From: Nemertoderma westbladi
Lineage: Eukaryota; Animalia; Xenacoelomorpha
Reading direction: 5' to 3'
Assembly: GCA_032718475.1 (NCBI GenBank)
Contig: JAUCBJ010002919.1
Location: forward strand, 55,044 to 119,043
DNA length: 64,000 bases
The translations under genes and the position numbers were made by a program. This document shows positions 10,951 to 25,900 of this stretch, piece by piece. Under the pieces are notes generated by a model, which was given only the letters and a program-made list of their open reading frames with translations, was not told the origin of the DNA and ran no database searches. The stretch's first letter is position 1; each line of letters opens with the position of its first letter.

Positions 10951-13900
10951 AGCCAACCCTTGGGTCCGTGTTCAAAGAATCTGCCAACCTTTGGGTCCAT
11001 GTTCAAAGAATCTGCCAACCTATGTGTCCGTGTTCAAAGAATCTTCCAACATTTGGGTCGTGTTCAAAGAATCTGCCAACCTTTGGGTCCGTGTTCAAAG
11101 AATCTACCAACCTTTTTGTCCGTGTTTAAAGAATCTGCCAACCTTTGGGTCCGTGTTCAAAGAATCTGCCAACCTTTGGGTCCGTGTTCAAAGAATCTGC
11201 CAACCTTTGGGTCCGTGTTCAGAAGTGTTTATGTTGTGCATTGATGTGTTTGAGTGTTCATAGTATATCTACCAACATTTTTGTCAGTGTTCAAAGAATC
11301 TGCCAACAATTGGGTCCGTGTTCAAAGAATCTGCCAACCTTTGGGTCCATCTTCAAAGAATCTGCCAACCTTTGGGTCCGTGTTCAAAGAATCTGCCAAC
11401 CTTTGGGTCCGTGTTCAAAGAATCCGCCAACATTTGGGTCCGTGTTCAAAGTATCTGACATCCTTTGGGTCCGTGTTCAAAGAATCTACCAACCTTTTTG
11501 TCCGTGTTTAAAGAATCTGCCAACCTTTGTGTCCGTGTTCAAAGAAACTGCCAACCTTTGGGTCCGTGTTCAAAGAATCTGCCAACCTTTGGGTCCGTGT
11601 TCAAAGAATTTGCCAACCTTTTTGTCCGTGTTTAAAGAATCTGCCAACCTTTGTGTCCGTGTTCAAAGATCTGCCAACCTTTGGGTCCGTGTTCAAAGAA
11701 TCTGCCAACCTTTGGGTCCGTGTTTAGAAGTGTTTATGTTGTGCATTGATGTGTTTGAGTGTTCATAGTATATCTACCAACATTTTTGTCAGTGTTCAAA
11801 GAATCTGCCAACAATTGGGTCCGTGTTCAAAGAATCTGCCAACCTTTGGGTCCATCTTCAAAGAATCTGCCAACCTTTGGGTCCGTGTTCAAAGAATCTG
11901 CCAACCTTTGGGTCCGTGTTCAAAGAATCTGCCAACATTTGGGTCCGTGTTCAAAGAATCTGCCAACCTTTGGGTCCGTGTTCAAAGAATCTGCCAACCT
12001 TTGGGTCCATGTTCAAAGAATCTGCCAACCTATGTGTCCGTGTTCAAAGAATCTTCCAACATTTGGGTCGTGTTCAAAGAATCTGCCAACCTTTGGGTCC
12101 GTGTTCAAAGAATCTGCCATCCTTTGGGTCCATGTTCAAAGTATCTGACATCCTTTGAGTCCGTGTTCAAAGAATCTACCAACCTTTTTGTCCGTGTTTA
12201 AAGAATCTGCCAACCTTTGGGTCCGTGTTCAAAGAATCTGCCAACCTTTGGGTCCGTGTTCAAAGAATCTGCCAACCTTTGGGTCCTTGTTCAAAGAATC
12301 TGCCAACCTTTGGGTCCATGTTCAAAGAATCTGCCAACCTTTTGGTCCGTGTTCAAAGAATCTGCCAACCTTTGGGTCCGTGTTCAAAGAATCTGCCGAT
12401 ATTTGTGTCCGTGTTCAACATACAGTATCTGCCAACCTTTGGGTCCGTGTTCAAAGAATCTGCCAACCTTTGGGTCCGTGTTCAAAGAATCTGCCAACCT
12501 TTGGGTCCGTATTCAAAGGATCTGCCAACCTTTGGGTCCGTGTTCAAAGAATCTGCCAACCTTTGGGTCCGTGTTCAAAGAATCTGCCAACCTTTGGGTC
12601 CGTGTTCAAGGAATCTGCCAACCTTTGGGTCCGTGTTCAAAGAATCTGCCAACCTTTGTGTCCGGCTTCAAAGAATCTGCCAACCTTTGTGTCCGTGTTC
12701 AAAGAATCTGCCAACCTTTTTGTCCGTGTTCAAAGAATCTGCCAACCTTTGGGTCCGTGTTCAAAGAATCTGCCAACCTTTGGGTCCGTGTTCAAAGAAT
12801 CTGCCACCGTTTGGGTCCGTGTTCAAAGAATCTGCCAACCTTTGGGTCCGTGTTCAAAGAATCTGCCAACCTTTGTGTCCGTGTTCAAAGAATCTGCCAA
12901 CCTTTGTGTCCGTCTTCAAAGAATCTGCCAACCTTTTTGTCCGTGTTCAAAGAATCTGCCAACCTTTGGGTCCGTGTTCAAAGAATCTGCCAACCTTTGG
13001 GTCCGTGTTCAAAGAATCTGCCAACCTTTGGGTCCGTGTTCAAAGAATCTGCCAACCTCTGTGTCCGTCTTCAAAGAATCTGCCAACCTTTGGGTCTGTG
13101 TTCAATGAATCTGCCACCGTTTTGGTCCGTGTTCAAAGAATCTGCCAACCTTTGGGTCCGTGTTCAAAGAATCTGCCAACCTTTGGGTCCGTGTTCAAAG
13201 AATCTGCCAACCTTTGGGTCCGTGTTCAAAGAATCTGCCAATCTTTGGGTCCGTGTTCAAAGAATCTGCCAACTTTTGGGTCCGTGTTCAAAGAATCTGC
13301 CAACCTTTTTGTCCGGCTTCAAAGAATCTGCCAACCTTTGTGTCCGTATTCAAAGAATCTGCCAACCTTTGTGTCCTTCTTCAAAGAATCTGCCAACCTT
13401 TTTGTCCGTGTTCAAAGAATCTGCCAACCTTTGGGTCCGTGTTCAAAGTATCTGACATCCTTTGAGTCCGTGTTCAAAGAATCTACCAACCTTTTTGTCC
13501 GTGTTTAAAGAATCTGTCAACCTTTGGGTCCGTGTTCAAAGAATCTGCCAACCTTTGGGTCCGTGTTCAAAGAATCTGCCAACCTTTGGGTCCGTGTTCA
13601 AAGAATCTGCCAACCTTTGGGTCCGTGTTCAAAGAATCTGCCAACCTTTGGGTCCGTGTTCAAAGAATCTGCCAACCTTTGTGTCCGTATTCAAAGAATC
13701 TGCCAACCTTTGGGTCCGTGTTCAAAGAATCTACCAACCTTTTTGTCCGTGTTTAAAGAATCTGCCAACCTTTGGGTCCGTGTTCAAAGAATCTGCCAAC
13801 CTTTGGGTCCGTGTTCAAAGAATCTGCCAACCTTTGGGTCCGTGTTCAGAAGTGTTTATGTTGTGCGTTGATGTGTTTGAGTGTTCATAGTATATCTACC

Positions 13901-16900
13901 AACATTTTTGTCAGTGTTCAAAGAATCTGCCAACAATTGGGTACGTGTTCAAAGAATCTGCCAACAATTGGGTACGTGTTCAAAGAATCTGTCAACCTTT
14001 GGGTCCATCTTCAAAGAATCTGCCAACCTTTGGGTCCGTGTTCAAAGAATCTGCCAACCTTTGGGTCCGTGTTCAAAGAATCCGCCAACATTTGGGTCCG
14101 TGTTCAAAGTATCTGACATCCTTTGGGTCCGTGTTCAAAGAATCTACCAACCTTTTTGTCCGTGTTTAAAGAATCTGCCAACCTTTGTGTCCGTGTTCAA
14201 AGAAACTGCCAACCTTTGGGTCCGTGTTCAAAGAATCTACCAACCTTTTTGTCCGTGTTTAAAGAATCTGCCAACGTTTGGGTCCGTGTTCAAAGAATCT
14301 GCCAACCTTTGGGTCCGTGTTCAAAGAATCTGCCAACCTTTGGGTCCTTGTTCAAAGAATCTGCCAACCTTTGGGTCCATGTTCAAAGAATCTGCCAACC
14401 TTTTGGTCCGTGTTCAAAGAATCTGCCAACCTTTGGGTCCGTGTTCAAAGAATCTGCCGATATTTGTGTCCGTGTTCAACATACAGTATCTGCCAACCTT
14501 TGGGTCCGTGTTCAAAGAATCTGCCAACCTTTGGGTCCGTGTTTAAAGAATCTGCCAACCTTTGGGTCCGTATTCAAAGGATCTGCCAACCTTTAGGTCC
14601 GTGTTCAAAGAATCTGCCAACCTTTGGGTCCGTGTTCAAAGAATCTGCCAACCTTTGGGTCCGTGTTCAAGGAATCTGCCAACCTTTGGGTCCGTGTTCA
14701 AAGAATCTGCCAACCTTTGTGTCCGGCTTCAAAGAATCTGCCAACCTTTGTGTCCGTGTTCAAAGAATCTGCCAACCTTTGTGTCCGTCTTCAAAGAATC
14801 TGCCAACCTTTTTGTCCGTGTTCAAAGAATCTGCCAACCTTTGGGTCCGTGTTCAAAGAATCTGCCAACCTTTGGGTCCGTGTTCAAAGAATCTGCCAAC
14901 CTTTGGGTCCGTGTTCAAAGAATCTGCCAACCTCTGTGTCCGTCTTCAAAGAATCTGCCAACCTTTGGGTCTGTGTTCAATGAATCTGCCACCGTTTTGG
15001 TCCGTGTTCAAAGAATCTGCCAACCTTTGGGTCCGTGTTCAAAGAATCTGCCAACCTTTGGGTCCGTGTTCAAAGAATCTGCCAACCTTTGGGTCCGTGT
15101 TCAAAGAATCTGCCAACCTTTGGGTCCGTGTTCAAAGAATCTGCCAACTTTTGGGTCCGTGTTCAAAGAATCTGCCACCGTTTGGGTCCGTGTTCAAAGA
15201 ATCTGCCAACCTTTGGGTCCGTGTTCAAAGAATCTGCCAACCTTTGTGTCCGTGTTCAAAGAATCTGCCAACCTTTGTGTCCGTCTTCAAAGAATCTGCC
15301 AACCTTTTTGTCCGTGTTCAAAGAATCTGCCAACCTTTGGGTCCGTGTTCAAAGAATCTGCCAACCTTTGGGTCCGTGTTCAAAGAATCTGCCAACCTTT
15401 GGGTCCGTGTTCAAAGAATCTGCCAACCTCTGTGTCCGTCTTCAAAGAATCTGCCAACCTTTGGGTCTGTGTTCAATGAATCTGCCACCGTTTTGGTCCG
15501 TGTTCAAAGAATCTGCCAACCTTTGGGTCCGTGTTCAAAGAATCTGCCAACCTTTGGGTCCGTGTTCAAAGAATCTGCCAACCTTTGGGTCCGTGTTCAA
15601 AGAATCTGCCAACCTTTGGGTCCGTGTTCAAAGAATCTGCCAACTTTTGGGTCCGTGTTCAAAGAATCTGCCAACCTTTTTGTCCGGCTTCAAAGAATCT
15701 GCCAACCTTTGTGTCCGTATTCAAAGGATCTGCCAACCTTTGGGTCCGTGTTCAAAGAATCTGCCAACCTTTGGGTCCGTGTTCAAAGAATCTGCCAACC
15801 TTTGGGTCCGTGTTCAAGGAATCTGCCAACCTTTGGGTCCGTGTTCAAAGAATCTGCCAACCTTTGTGTCCGGCTTCAAAGAATCTGCCAACCTTTGTGT
15901 CCGTGTTCAAAGAATCTGCCAACCTTTTTGTCCGTGTTCAAAGAATCTGCCAACCTTTGGGTCCGTGTTCAAAGAATCTGCCAACCTTTGGGTCCGTGTT
16001 CAAAGAATCTGCCACCGTTTGGGTCCGTGTTCAAAGAATCTGCCAACCTTTGGGTCCGTGTTCAAAGAATCTGCCAACCTTTGTGTCCGTGTTCAAAGAA
16101 TCTGCCAACCTTTGTGTCCGTCTTCAAAGAATCTGCCAACCTTTTTGTCCGTGTTCAAAGAATCTGCCAACCTTTGGGTCCGTGTTCAAAGAATCTGCCA
16201 ACCTTTGGGTCCGTGTTCAAAGAATCTGCCAACCTTTGGGTCCGTGTTCAAAGAATCTGCCAACCTCTGTGTCCGTCTTCAAAGAATCTGCCAACCTTTG
16301 GGTCTGTGTTCAATGAATCTGCCACCGTTTTGGTCCGTGTTCAAAGAATCTGCCAACCTTTGGGTCCGTGTTCAAAGAATCTGCCAACCTTTGGGTCCGT
16401 GTTCAAAGAATCTGCCAACCTTTGGGTCCGTGTTCAAAGAATCTGCCAACCTTTGGGTCCGTGTTCAAAGAATCTGCCAACTTTTGGGTCCGTGTTCAAA
16501 GAATCTGCCAACCTTTTTGTCCGGCTTAAAGAATCTGCCAACCTTTGTGTCCGTATTCAAAGAATCTGCCAACCTTTGTGTCCTTCTTCAAAGAATCTGC
16601 CAACCTTTTTGTCCGTGTTCAAAGAATCTGCCAACCTTTGGGTCCGTGTTCAAAGTATCTGACATCCTTTGAGTCCGTGTTCAAAGAATCTACCAACCTT
16701 TTTGTCCGTGTTTAAAGAATCTGCCAACCTTTGGGTCCGTGTTCAAAGAATCTGCCAACCTTTGGGTCCGTGTTCAAAGAATCTGCCAACCTTTGGGTCC
16801 GTGTTCAGAAGTGTTTATGTTGTGCGTTGATGTGTTTGAGTGTTCATAGTATATCTACCAACATTTTTGTCAGTGTTCAAAGAATCTGCCAACAATTGGG

Positions 16901-19900
16901 TACGTGTTCAAAGAATCTGCCAACAATTGGGTACGTGTTCAAAGAATCTGCCAACCTTTGGGTCCATCTTCAAAGAATCTGCCAACCTTTGGGTCCGTGT
17001 TCAAAGAATCTGCCAACCTTTGGGTCCGTGTTCAAAGAATCCGCCAACATTTGGGTCCGTGTTCAAAGTATCTGACATCCTTTGGGTCCGTGTTCAAAGA
17101 ATCTACCAACCTTTTTGTCCGTGTTTAAAGAATCTGCCAACCTTTGTGTCCGTGTTCAAAGAAACTGCCAACCTTTGGGTCCGTGTTCAAAGAATCTACC
17201 AACCTTTTTGTCCGTGTTTAAAGAATCTGCCAACGTTTGGGTCCGTGTTCAAAGAATCTGCCAACCTTTTGGTCCGTGTTCAAAGAATCTGCCAACCTTT
17301 GGGTCCTTGTTCAAAGAATCTGCCAACCTTTGGGTCCATGTTCAAAGAATCTGCCAACCTTTTGGTCCGTGTTCAAAGAATCTGCCAACCTTTGGGTCCG
17401 TGTTCAAAGAATCTGCCGATATTTGTGTCCGTGTTCAACATACAGTATCTGCCAACCTTTGGGTCCGTGTTCAAAGAATCTGCCAACCTTTGGGTCCGTG
17501 TTCAAAGAATCTGCCAACCTTTGGGTCCGTATTCAAAGGATCTGCCAACCTTTAGGTCCGTGTTCAAAGAATCTGCCAACCTTTGGGTCCGTGTTCAAAG
17601 AATCTGCCAACCTTTGGGTCCGTGTTCAAGGAATCTGCCAACCTTTGGGTCCGTGTTCAAAGAATCTGCCAACCTTTGTGTCCGGCTTCAAAGAATCTGC
17701 CAACCTTTGTGTCCGTGTTCAAAGAATCTGCCAACCTTTGTGTCCGTCTTCAAAGAATCTGCCAACCTTTTTGTCCGTGTTCAAAGAATCTGCCAACCTT
17801 TGGGTCCGTGTTCAAAGAATCTGCCAACCTTTGGGTCCGTGTTCAAAGAATCTGCCAACCTTTGGGTCCGTGTTCAAAGAATCTGCCAACCTCTGTGTCC
17901 GTCTTCAAAGAATCTGCCAACCTTTGGGTCTGTGTTCAATGAATCTGCCACCGTTTTGGTCCGTGTTCAAAGAATCTGCCAACCTTTGGGTCCGTGTTCA
18001 AAGAATCTGCCAACCTTTGGGTCCTTGTTCAAAGAATCTGCCAACCTTTGGGTCCGTGTTCAAAGAATCTGCCAACCTTTGGGTCCGTGTTCAAAGAATC
18101 TGCCAACTTTTGGGTCCGTGTTCAAAGAATCTGCCAACCTTTTTGTCCGGCTTCAAAGAATCTGCCAACCTTTGTGTCCGTATTCAAAGAATCTGCCAAC
18201 CTTTGTGTCCTTCTTCAAAGAATCTGCCAACCTTTTTGTCCGTGTTCAAAGAATCTGCCAACCTTTGGGTCCGTGTTCAAAGTATCTGACATCCTTTGAG
18301 TCCGTGTTCAAAGAATCTACCAACCTTTTTGTCCGTGTTTAAAGAATCTGCCAACCTTTGGGTCCGTGTTCAAAGAATCTGCCAACCTTTGGGTCCGTTC
18401 AAAGAATCTGCCAACCTTTGGGTCCGTGTTCAGAAGTGTTTATGTTGTGCGTTGATGTGTTTGAGTGTTCATAGTATATCTACCAACATTTTTGTCAGTG
18501 TTCAAAGAATCTGCCAACAATTGGGTCCGTGTTCAAAGAATCTGCCAACCTTTGGGTCCATCTTCAAAGAATCTGCCAACCTTTGGGTCCGTGTTCAAAG
18601 AATCTTCCAACCTTTGGGTCCGTGTTCAAAGAATCCGCCAACATTTGGGTCCGTGTTCAAAGTATCTGACATCCTTTGGGTCCGTGTTCAAAGAATCTAC
18701 CAACCTTTTTGTCCGTGTTTAAAGAATCTGCCAACCTTTGTGTCCGTGTTCAAAGAAACTGCCAACCTTTGGGTCCGTGTTCAAAGAATTTGCCAACCTT
18801 TGTGTCCGTTTTTAAAGAATCTGCCAACCTTTGTGTCCGTCTTCAAAGAATCTGCCAACCTTTTTGTCCGTGTTCAAAGAATCTGCCAACCTTTGGGTCC
18901 GTGTTCAAAGAATCTGCCAACCTTTGGGTCCGTGTTCAAAGAATCTGCCAACCTTTGGGTCCGTGTTCAAAGAATCTGCCAACCTCTGTGTCCGTCTTCA
19001 AAGAATCTGCCAACCTTTGGGTCTGTGTTCAATGAATCTGCCACCGTTTTGGTCCGTGTTCAAAGAATCTGCCAACCTTTGGGTCCGTGTTCAAAGAATC
19101 TGCCAACCTTTGGGTCCGTGTTCAAAGAATCTGCCAACCTTTGGGTCCGTGTTCAAAGAATCTGCCAACCTTTGGGTCCGTGTTCAAAGAATCTGCCAAC
19201 TTTTGGGTCCGTGTTCAAAGAATCTGCCAACCTTTTTGTCCGGCTTCAAAGAATCTGCCAACCTTTGTGTCCGTATTCAAAGAATCTGCCAACCTTTGTG
19301 TCCTTCTTCAAAGAATTTGCCAACCTTTTTGTCCGTGTTCAAAGAATCTGCCAACCTTTGGGTCCGTGTTCAAAGTATCTGACATCCTTTGAGTCCGTGT
19401 TCAAAGAATCTACCAACCTTTTTGTCCGTGTTTAAAGAATCTGCCAACCTTTGGGTCCGTGTTCAAAGAATCTGCCAACCTTTGGGTCCGTTCAAAGAAT
19501 CTGCCAACCTTTGGGTCCGTGTTCAGAAGTGTTTATGTTGTGCGTTGATGTGTTTGAGTGTTCATAGTATATCTACCAACATTTTTGTCAGTGTTCAAAG
19601 AATCTGCCAACAATTGGGTCCGTGTTCAAAGAATCTGCCAACCTTTGGGTCCATCTTCAAAGAATCTGCCAACCTTTGGGTCCGTGTTCAAAGAATCTGC
19701 CAACCTTTGGGTCCGTGTTCAAAGAATCCGCCAACATTTGGGTCCGTGTTCAAAGTATCTGACATCCTTTGGGTCCGTGTTCAAAGAATCTACCAACCTT
19801 TTTGTCCGTGTTTAAAGAATCTGCCAACCTTTGTGTCCGTGTTCAAAGAAACTGCCAACCTTTGGGTCCGTGTTCAAAGAATTTGCCAACCTTTGTGTCC

Positions 19901-22900
19901 GTGTTTAAAGAATCTGCCAACCTTTGGGTCGGTGTTCAAAAAATCTGCCAACCTTTGTGCCCGTGTTCAAAGAATCTGCCAACCTTTGGGTCCGTGTTCA
20001 AAGAATCTGCCAACCTTTGGATCCGTGTTCAAAGAATATGCCAACCTTTGGGTCCTTGTTCAAAGAATCTGCCAACCTTTGGGTCCGTGTTCAAAGAATC
20101 TGCCAACCTTTGGGTCCGTGTTCAAAGAATCTGCCAACCTTTGGGTCCGTGTTCAAAGAATCTGCCAACCTTTGGGTCCTTGTTCAAAGAATCTGCCAAC
20201 CTTTGGGTCCGTGTTCAAAGAATCTGCCAACATTTGGGTCCGTGTTCAAATAATCTGCCAACCTTTGGGTAAGTGTTCAAAGAATCTGCCAACCTTTGGG
20301 TCCGTGTTCAAAGAATCTAAACTACCAACCTTTGGGTCCTTATTCAAAGAATCTGCCAACCTTTGGGTCCATGTTCAAAGAATCTGCCAACCTTTTGGTC
20401 CGTGTTCAAAGAATCTGCCAACCTTTGGGTCCGTGTTCAAAGAATTTGCCGATATTTGTGTCCGTGTTCAACATACAGTATCTGCCAAAATTTGTGTCCG
20501 TGTTTAAAGAATCTGCCAACCTTTGGGTCCGTGTTCAAAGAATCTGCCAACCTTTGGGTCCGTATTCAAAGGATCTGCCAACCTTTGGGTCCGTGTTCAA
20601 AGAATCTGCCAACCTTTGGGTCCGTGTTCAAAGAATCTGCCAACCTTTGGGTCCATGTTCAAAGAATCTGCCAACCTATGTGTCCGTGTTCAAAGAATCT
20701 TCCAACATTTGGGTCGTGTTCAAAGAATCTGCCAACCTTTGGGTCCTTGTTCAAAGAATCTGCCAACCTTTGGGTCCTTGTTCAAAGAATCTGCCAACCT
20801 TTGGGTCCGTGTTCAAAGAATCTGCCAACCTTTGGGTCCATGTTCAAAGAATCTGCCAACCTATGTGTCCGTGTTCAAAGAATCTTCCAACATTTGGGTC
20901 GTGTTCAAAGAATCTACCAACCTTTTTGTCCGTGTTTAAAGAATCTGCCAACCTTTGGGTCCGTGTTCAAAGAATCTGCCAACCTTTGGGTCCGTGTTCA
21001 AAGAATCTGCCAACCTTTGGGTCCTTGTTCAAAGAATCTGCCAACCTTTGGGTCCATGTTCAAAGAATCTGCCAACCTTTTGGTCCGTGTTCAAAGAATC
21101 TGCCAACCTTTGGGTCCGTGTTCAAAGAATCTGCCGATATTTGTGTCCGTGTTCAACATACAGTATCTGCCAACCTTTGGGTCCGTGTTCAAAGAATCTG
21201 CCAACCTTTGGGTCCGTGTTCAAAGAATCTGCCAACCTTTGGGTCCGTATTCAAAGGATCTGCCAACCTTTGGGTCCGTGTTCAAAGAATCTGCCAACCT
21301 TTGGGTCCGTGTTCAAAGAATCTGCCAACCTTTGGGTCCGTGTTCAAGGAATCTGCCAACCTTTGGGTCCGTGTTCAAAGTATCTGCCAACCTTTGTGTC
21401 CGTGTTCAAAGAATCTGCCAACCTTTGTGTCCGTCTTCAAAGAATCTGCCAACCTTTTTGTCCGTGTTCAAAGAATCTGCCAACCTTTGGGTCCGTGTTC
21501 AAAGAATCTGCCAACCTTTGGGTCCGTGTTCAAAGAATCTGCCAACCTTTGGGTCCGTGTTCAAAGAATCTGCCAACCTCTGTGTCCGTCTTCAAAGAAT
21601 CTGCCAACCTTTGGGTCTGTGTTCAATGAATCTGCCACCGTTTTGGTCCGTGTTCAAAGAATCTGCCAACCTTTGGGTCCGTGTTCAAAGAATCTGCCAA
21701 CCTTTGGGTCCGTGTTCAAAGAATCTGCCAACCTTTGGGTCCGTGTTCAAAGAATCTGCCAACCTTTGGGTCCGTGTTCAAAGAATCTGCCAACTTTTGG
21801 GTCCGTGTTCAAAGAATCTGCCAACCTTTTTGTCCGGCTTCAAAGAATCTGCCAACCTTTGTGTCCGTATTCAAAGAATCTGCCAACCTTTGTGTCCTTC
21901 TTCAAAGAATCTGCCAACCTTTTTGTCCGTGTTCAAAGAATCTGCCAACCTTTGGGTCCGTGTTCAAAGTATCTGACATCCTTTGAGTCCGTGTTCAAAG
22001 AATCTACCAACCTTTTTGTCCGTGTTTAAAGAATCTGCCAACCTTTGGGTCCGTGTTCAAAGAATCTGCCAACCTTTGGGTCCGTGTTCAAAGAATCTGC
22101 CAACCTTTGGGTCCGTGTTCAGAAGTGTTTATGTTGTGCGTTGATGTGTTTGAGTGTTCATAGTATATCTACCAACATTTTTGTCAGTGTTCAAAGAATC
22201 TGCCAACAATTGGGTCCGTGTTCAAAGAATCTGCCAACCTTTGGGTCCATCTTCAAAGAATCTGCCAACCTTTGGGTCCGTGTTCAAAGAATCTGCCAAC
22301 CTTTGGGTCCGTGTTCAAAGAATCCGCCAACATTTGGGTCCGTGTTCAAAGTATCTGACATCCTTTGGGTCCGTGTTTAAAGAATCTGCCAACCTTTGTG
22401 TCCGTGTTCAAAGAAACTGCCAACCTTTGGGTCCGTGTTCAAAGAAACTGCCAACCTTTTTGTCCGTGTTTAAAGAATCTGCCAACCTTTGTGTCCGTGT
22501 TCAAAGAAACTGCCAACCTTTGGGTCCGTGTTCAAAGAATCTACCAACCTTTTTGTCCGTGTTTAAAGAATCTGCCAACCTTTGGGTCCGTGTTCAAAGA
22601 ATCTGCCAACCTTTGGGTCCGTGTTCAAAGAATCTGCCAACCTTTGGGTCCTTGTTCAAAGAATCTGCCAACCTTTGGGTCCATGTTCAAAGAATCTGCC
22701 AACCTTTTGGTCCGTGTTCAAAGAATCTGCCAACCTTTGGGTCCGTGTTCAAAGAATCTGCCGATATTTGTGTCCGTGTTCAACATACAGTATCTGCCAA
22801 CCTTTGGGTCCGTGTTCAAAGAATCTGCCAACCTTTGGGTCCGTGTTCAAAGAATCTGCCAACCTTTGGGTCCGTATTCAAAGGATCTGCCAACCTTTGG

Positions 22901-25900
22901 GTCCGTGTTCAAAGAATCTACCAACCTTTGGGTCCGTGTTCAAAGAATCTGCCAACCTTTGGGTCCGTGTTCAAGGAATCTGCCAACCTTTGGGTCCGTG
23001 TTCAAAGAATCTGCCAACCTTTGTGTCCGGCTTCAAAGAATCTGCCAACCTTTGTGTCCGTGTTCAAAGAATCTGCCAACCTCTGTGTCCGTCTTCAAAG
23101 AATCTGCCAACCTTTGGGTCTGTGTTCAATGAATCTGCCACCGTTTTGGTCCGTGTTCAAAGAATCTGCCAACCTTTGGGTCCGTGTTCAAAGAATCTGC
23201 CAACCTTTGGGTCCGTGTTCAAAGAATCTGCCAACCTTTGGGTCCGTGTTCAAAGAATCTGCCAACCTTTGGGTCCGTGTTCAAAGAATCTGCCAACTTT
23301 TGGGTCCGTGTTCAAAGAATCTGCCAACCTTTTTGTCCGGCTTCAAAGAATCTGCCAACCTTTGTGTCCGTATTCAAAGAATCTGCCAACCTTTGTGTCC
23401 TTCTTCAAAGAATCTGCCAACCTTTTTGTCCGTGTTCAAAGAATCTGCCAACCTTTGGGTCCGTGTTCAAAGAATCTGCCAACTTTTGGGTCCGTGTTCA
23501 AAGAATCTGCCAACCTTTGGGTCCGTGTTCAAAGTATCTGCCAACCTTTGTGTCCGTGTTCAAAGAATCTGCCAACCTTTGGGTCCGTGTTCAAAGAATC
23601 TGCCAACTTTTGGGTCCGTGTTCAAAGAATCTGCCAACCTTTGGGTCCGTGTTCAAAGAATCTGCCAACCTTTGGGTCCGTGTTCAAAGAATCTGCCAAC
23701 TTTTGGGTCCGTGTTCAAAGAATCTGCCAACCTTTTTGTCCGGCTTCAAAGAATCTGCCAACCTTTGTGTCCGTATTCAAAGAATCTGCCAACCTTTGTG
23801 TCCTTCTTCAAAGAATCTGCCAACCTTTTTGTCCGTGTTCAAAGAATCTGCCAACCTTTGGGTCCGTGTTCAAAGAATCTGCCAACTTTTGGGTCCGTGT
23901 TCAAAGAATCTGCCAACCTTTGTGTCCGTCTTCAAAGAATCTGCCAACCTTTTTGTCCGTGTTCAAAGAATCTGCCAACCTTTGGGTCCGTGTTCAAAGA
24001 ATCTGCCAACCTTTGGGTCCGTGTTCAAAGAATCTGCCAACCTTTGGGTCCGTGTTCAAAGAATCTGCCAACCTTTGGGTCCGTGTTCAAAGAATCTGCC
24101 AACTTTTGGGTCCGTGTTCAAAGAATCTGCCAACCTTTTTGTCCGGCTTCAAAGAATCTGCCAACCTTTGTGTCCGTATTCAAAGAATCTGCCAACCTTT
24201 GTGTCCTTCTTCAAAGAATCTGCCAACCTTTTTGTCCGTGTTCAAAGTATCTACCAACCTTTTTGTCCGTGTTTAAAGAATCTGCCAACCTTTGGGTCCG
24301 TGTTCAAAGAATCTGCCAACCTTTGGGTCCGTTCAAAGAATCTGCCAACCTTTGGGTCCGTGTTCAGAAGTGTTTATGTTGTGCGTTGATGTGTTTGAGT
24401 GTTCATAGTATATCTACCAACATTTTTGTCAGTGTTCAAAGAATCTGCCAACAATTGGGTCCGTGTTCAAAGAATCTGCCAACCTTTGGGTCCATCTTCA
24501 AAGAATCTGCCAACCTTTGGGTCCGTGTTCAAAGAATCTGCCAACCTTTGGGTCCGTGTTCAAAGAATCCGCCAACATTTGGGTCCGTGTTCAAAGTATC
24601 TGACATCCTTTGGGTCCGTGTTCAAAGAATCTACCAACCTTTTTGTCCGTGTTTAAAGAATCTGCCAACCTTTGTGTCCGTGTTCAAAGAAACTGCCAAC
24701 CTTTGGGTCCGTGTTCAAAGAATTTGCCAACCTTTGTGTCCGTGTTTAAAGAATCTGCCAACCTTTGGGTCGGTGTTCAAAAAATCTGCCAACCGTTGTG
24801 CCCGTGTTCAAAGAATCTGCCAACCTTTGGGTCCGTGTTCAAAGAATCTGCCAACCTTTGGATCCGTGTTCAAAGAATATGCCAACCTTTGGGTCCTTGT
24901 TCAAAGAATCTGCCAACCTTTGGGTCCGTGTTCAAAGAATCTGCCAACCTTTGGGTCCGTGTTCAAAGAATCTGCCAACCTTTGGGTCCGTGTTCAAAGA
25001 ATCTGCCAACCTTTGGGTCCTTGTTCAAAGAATCTGCCAACCTTTGGGTCCGTGTTCAAAGAATCTGCCAACATTTGGGTCCGTGTTCAAATAATCTGCC
25101 AACCTTTGGGTAAGTGTTCAAAGAATCTGCCAACCTTTGGGTCCGTGTTCAAAGAATCTAAACTACCAACCTTTGGGTCCTTATTCAAAGAATCTGCCAA
25201 CCTTTGGGTCCATGTTCAAAGAATCTGCCAACCTTTTGGTCCGTGTTCAAAGAATCTGCCAACCTTTGGGTCCGTGTTCAAAGAATTTGCCGATATTTGT
25301 GTCCGTGTTCAACATACAGTATCTGCCAAAATTTGTGTCCGTGTTTAAAGAATCTGCCAACCTTTGGGTCCGTGTTCAAAGAATCTGCCAACCTTTGGGT
25401 CCGTATTCAAAGGATCTGCCAACCTTTGGGTCCGTGTTCAAAGAATCTGCCAACCTTTGGGTCCGTGTTCAAAGAATCTGCCAACCTTTGGGTCCATGTT
25501 CAAAGAATCTGCCAACCTATGTGTCCGTGTTCAAAGAATCTTCCAACATTTGGGTCGTGTTCAAAGAATCTGCCAACCTTTGGGTCCTTGTTCAAAGAAT
25601 CTGCCAACCTTTGGGTCCTTGTTCAAAGAATCTGCCAACCTTTGGGTCCGTGTTCAAAGAATCTGCCAACCTTTGGGTCCATGTTCAAAGAATCTGCCAA
25701 CCTATGTGTCCGTGTTCAAAGAATCTTCCAACATTTGGGTCGTGTTCAAAGAATCTACCAACCTTTTTGTCCGTGTTTAAAGAATCTGCCAACCTTTGGG
25801 TCCGTGTTCAAAGAATCTGCCAACCTTTGGGTCCGTGTTCAAAGAATCTGCCAACCTTTGGGTCCTTGTTCAAAGAATCTGCCAACCTTTGGGTCCATGT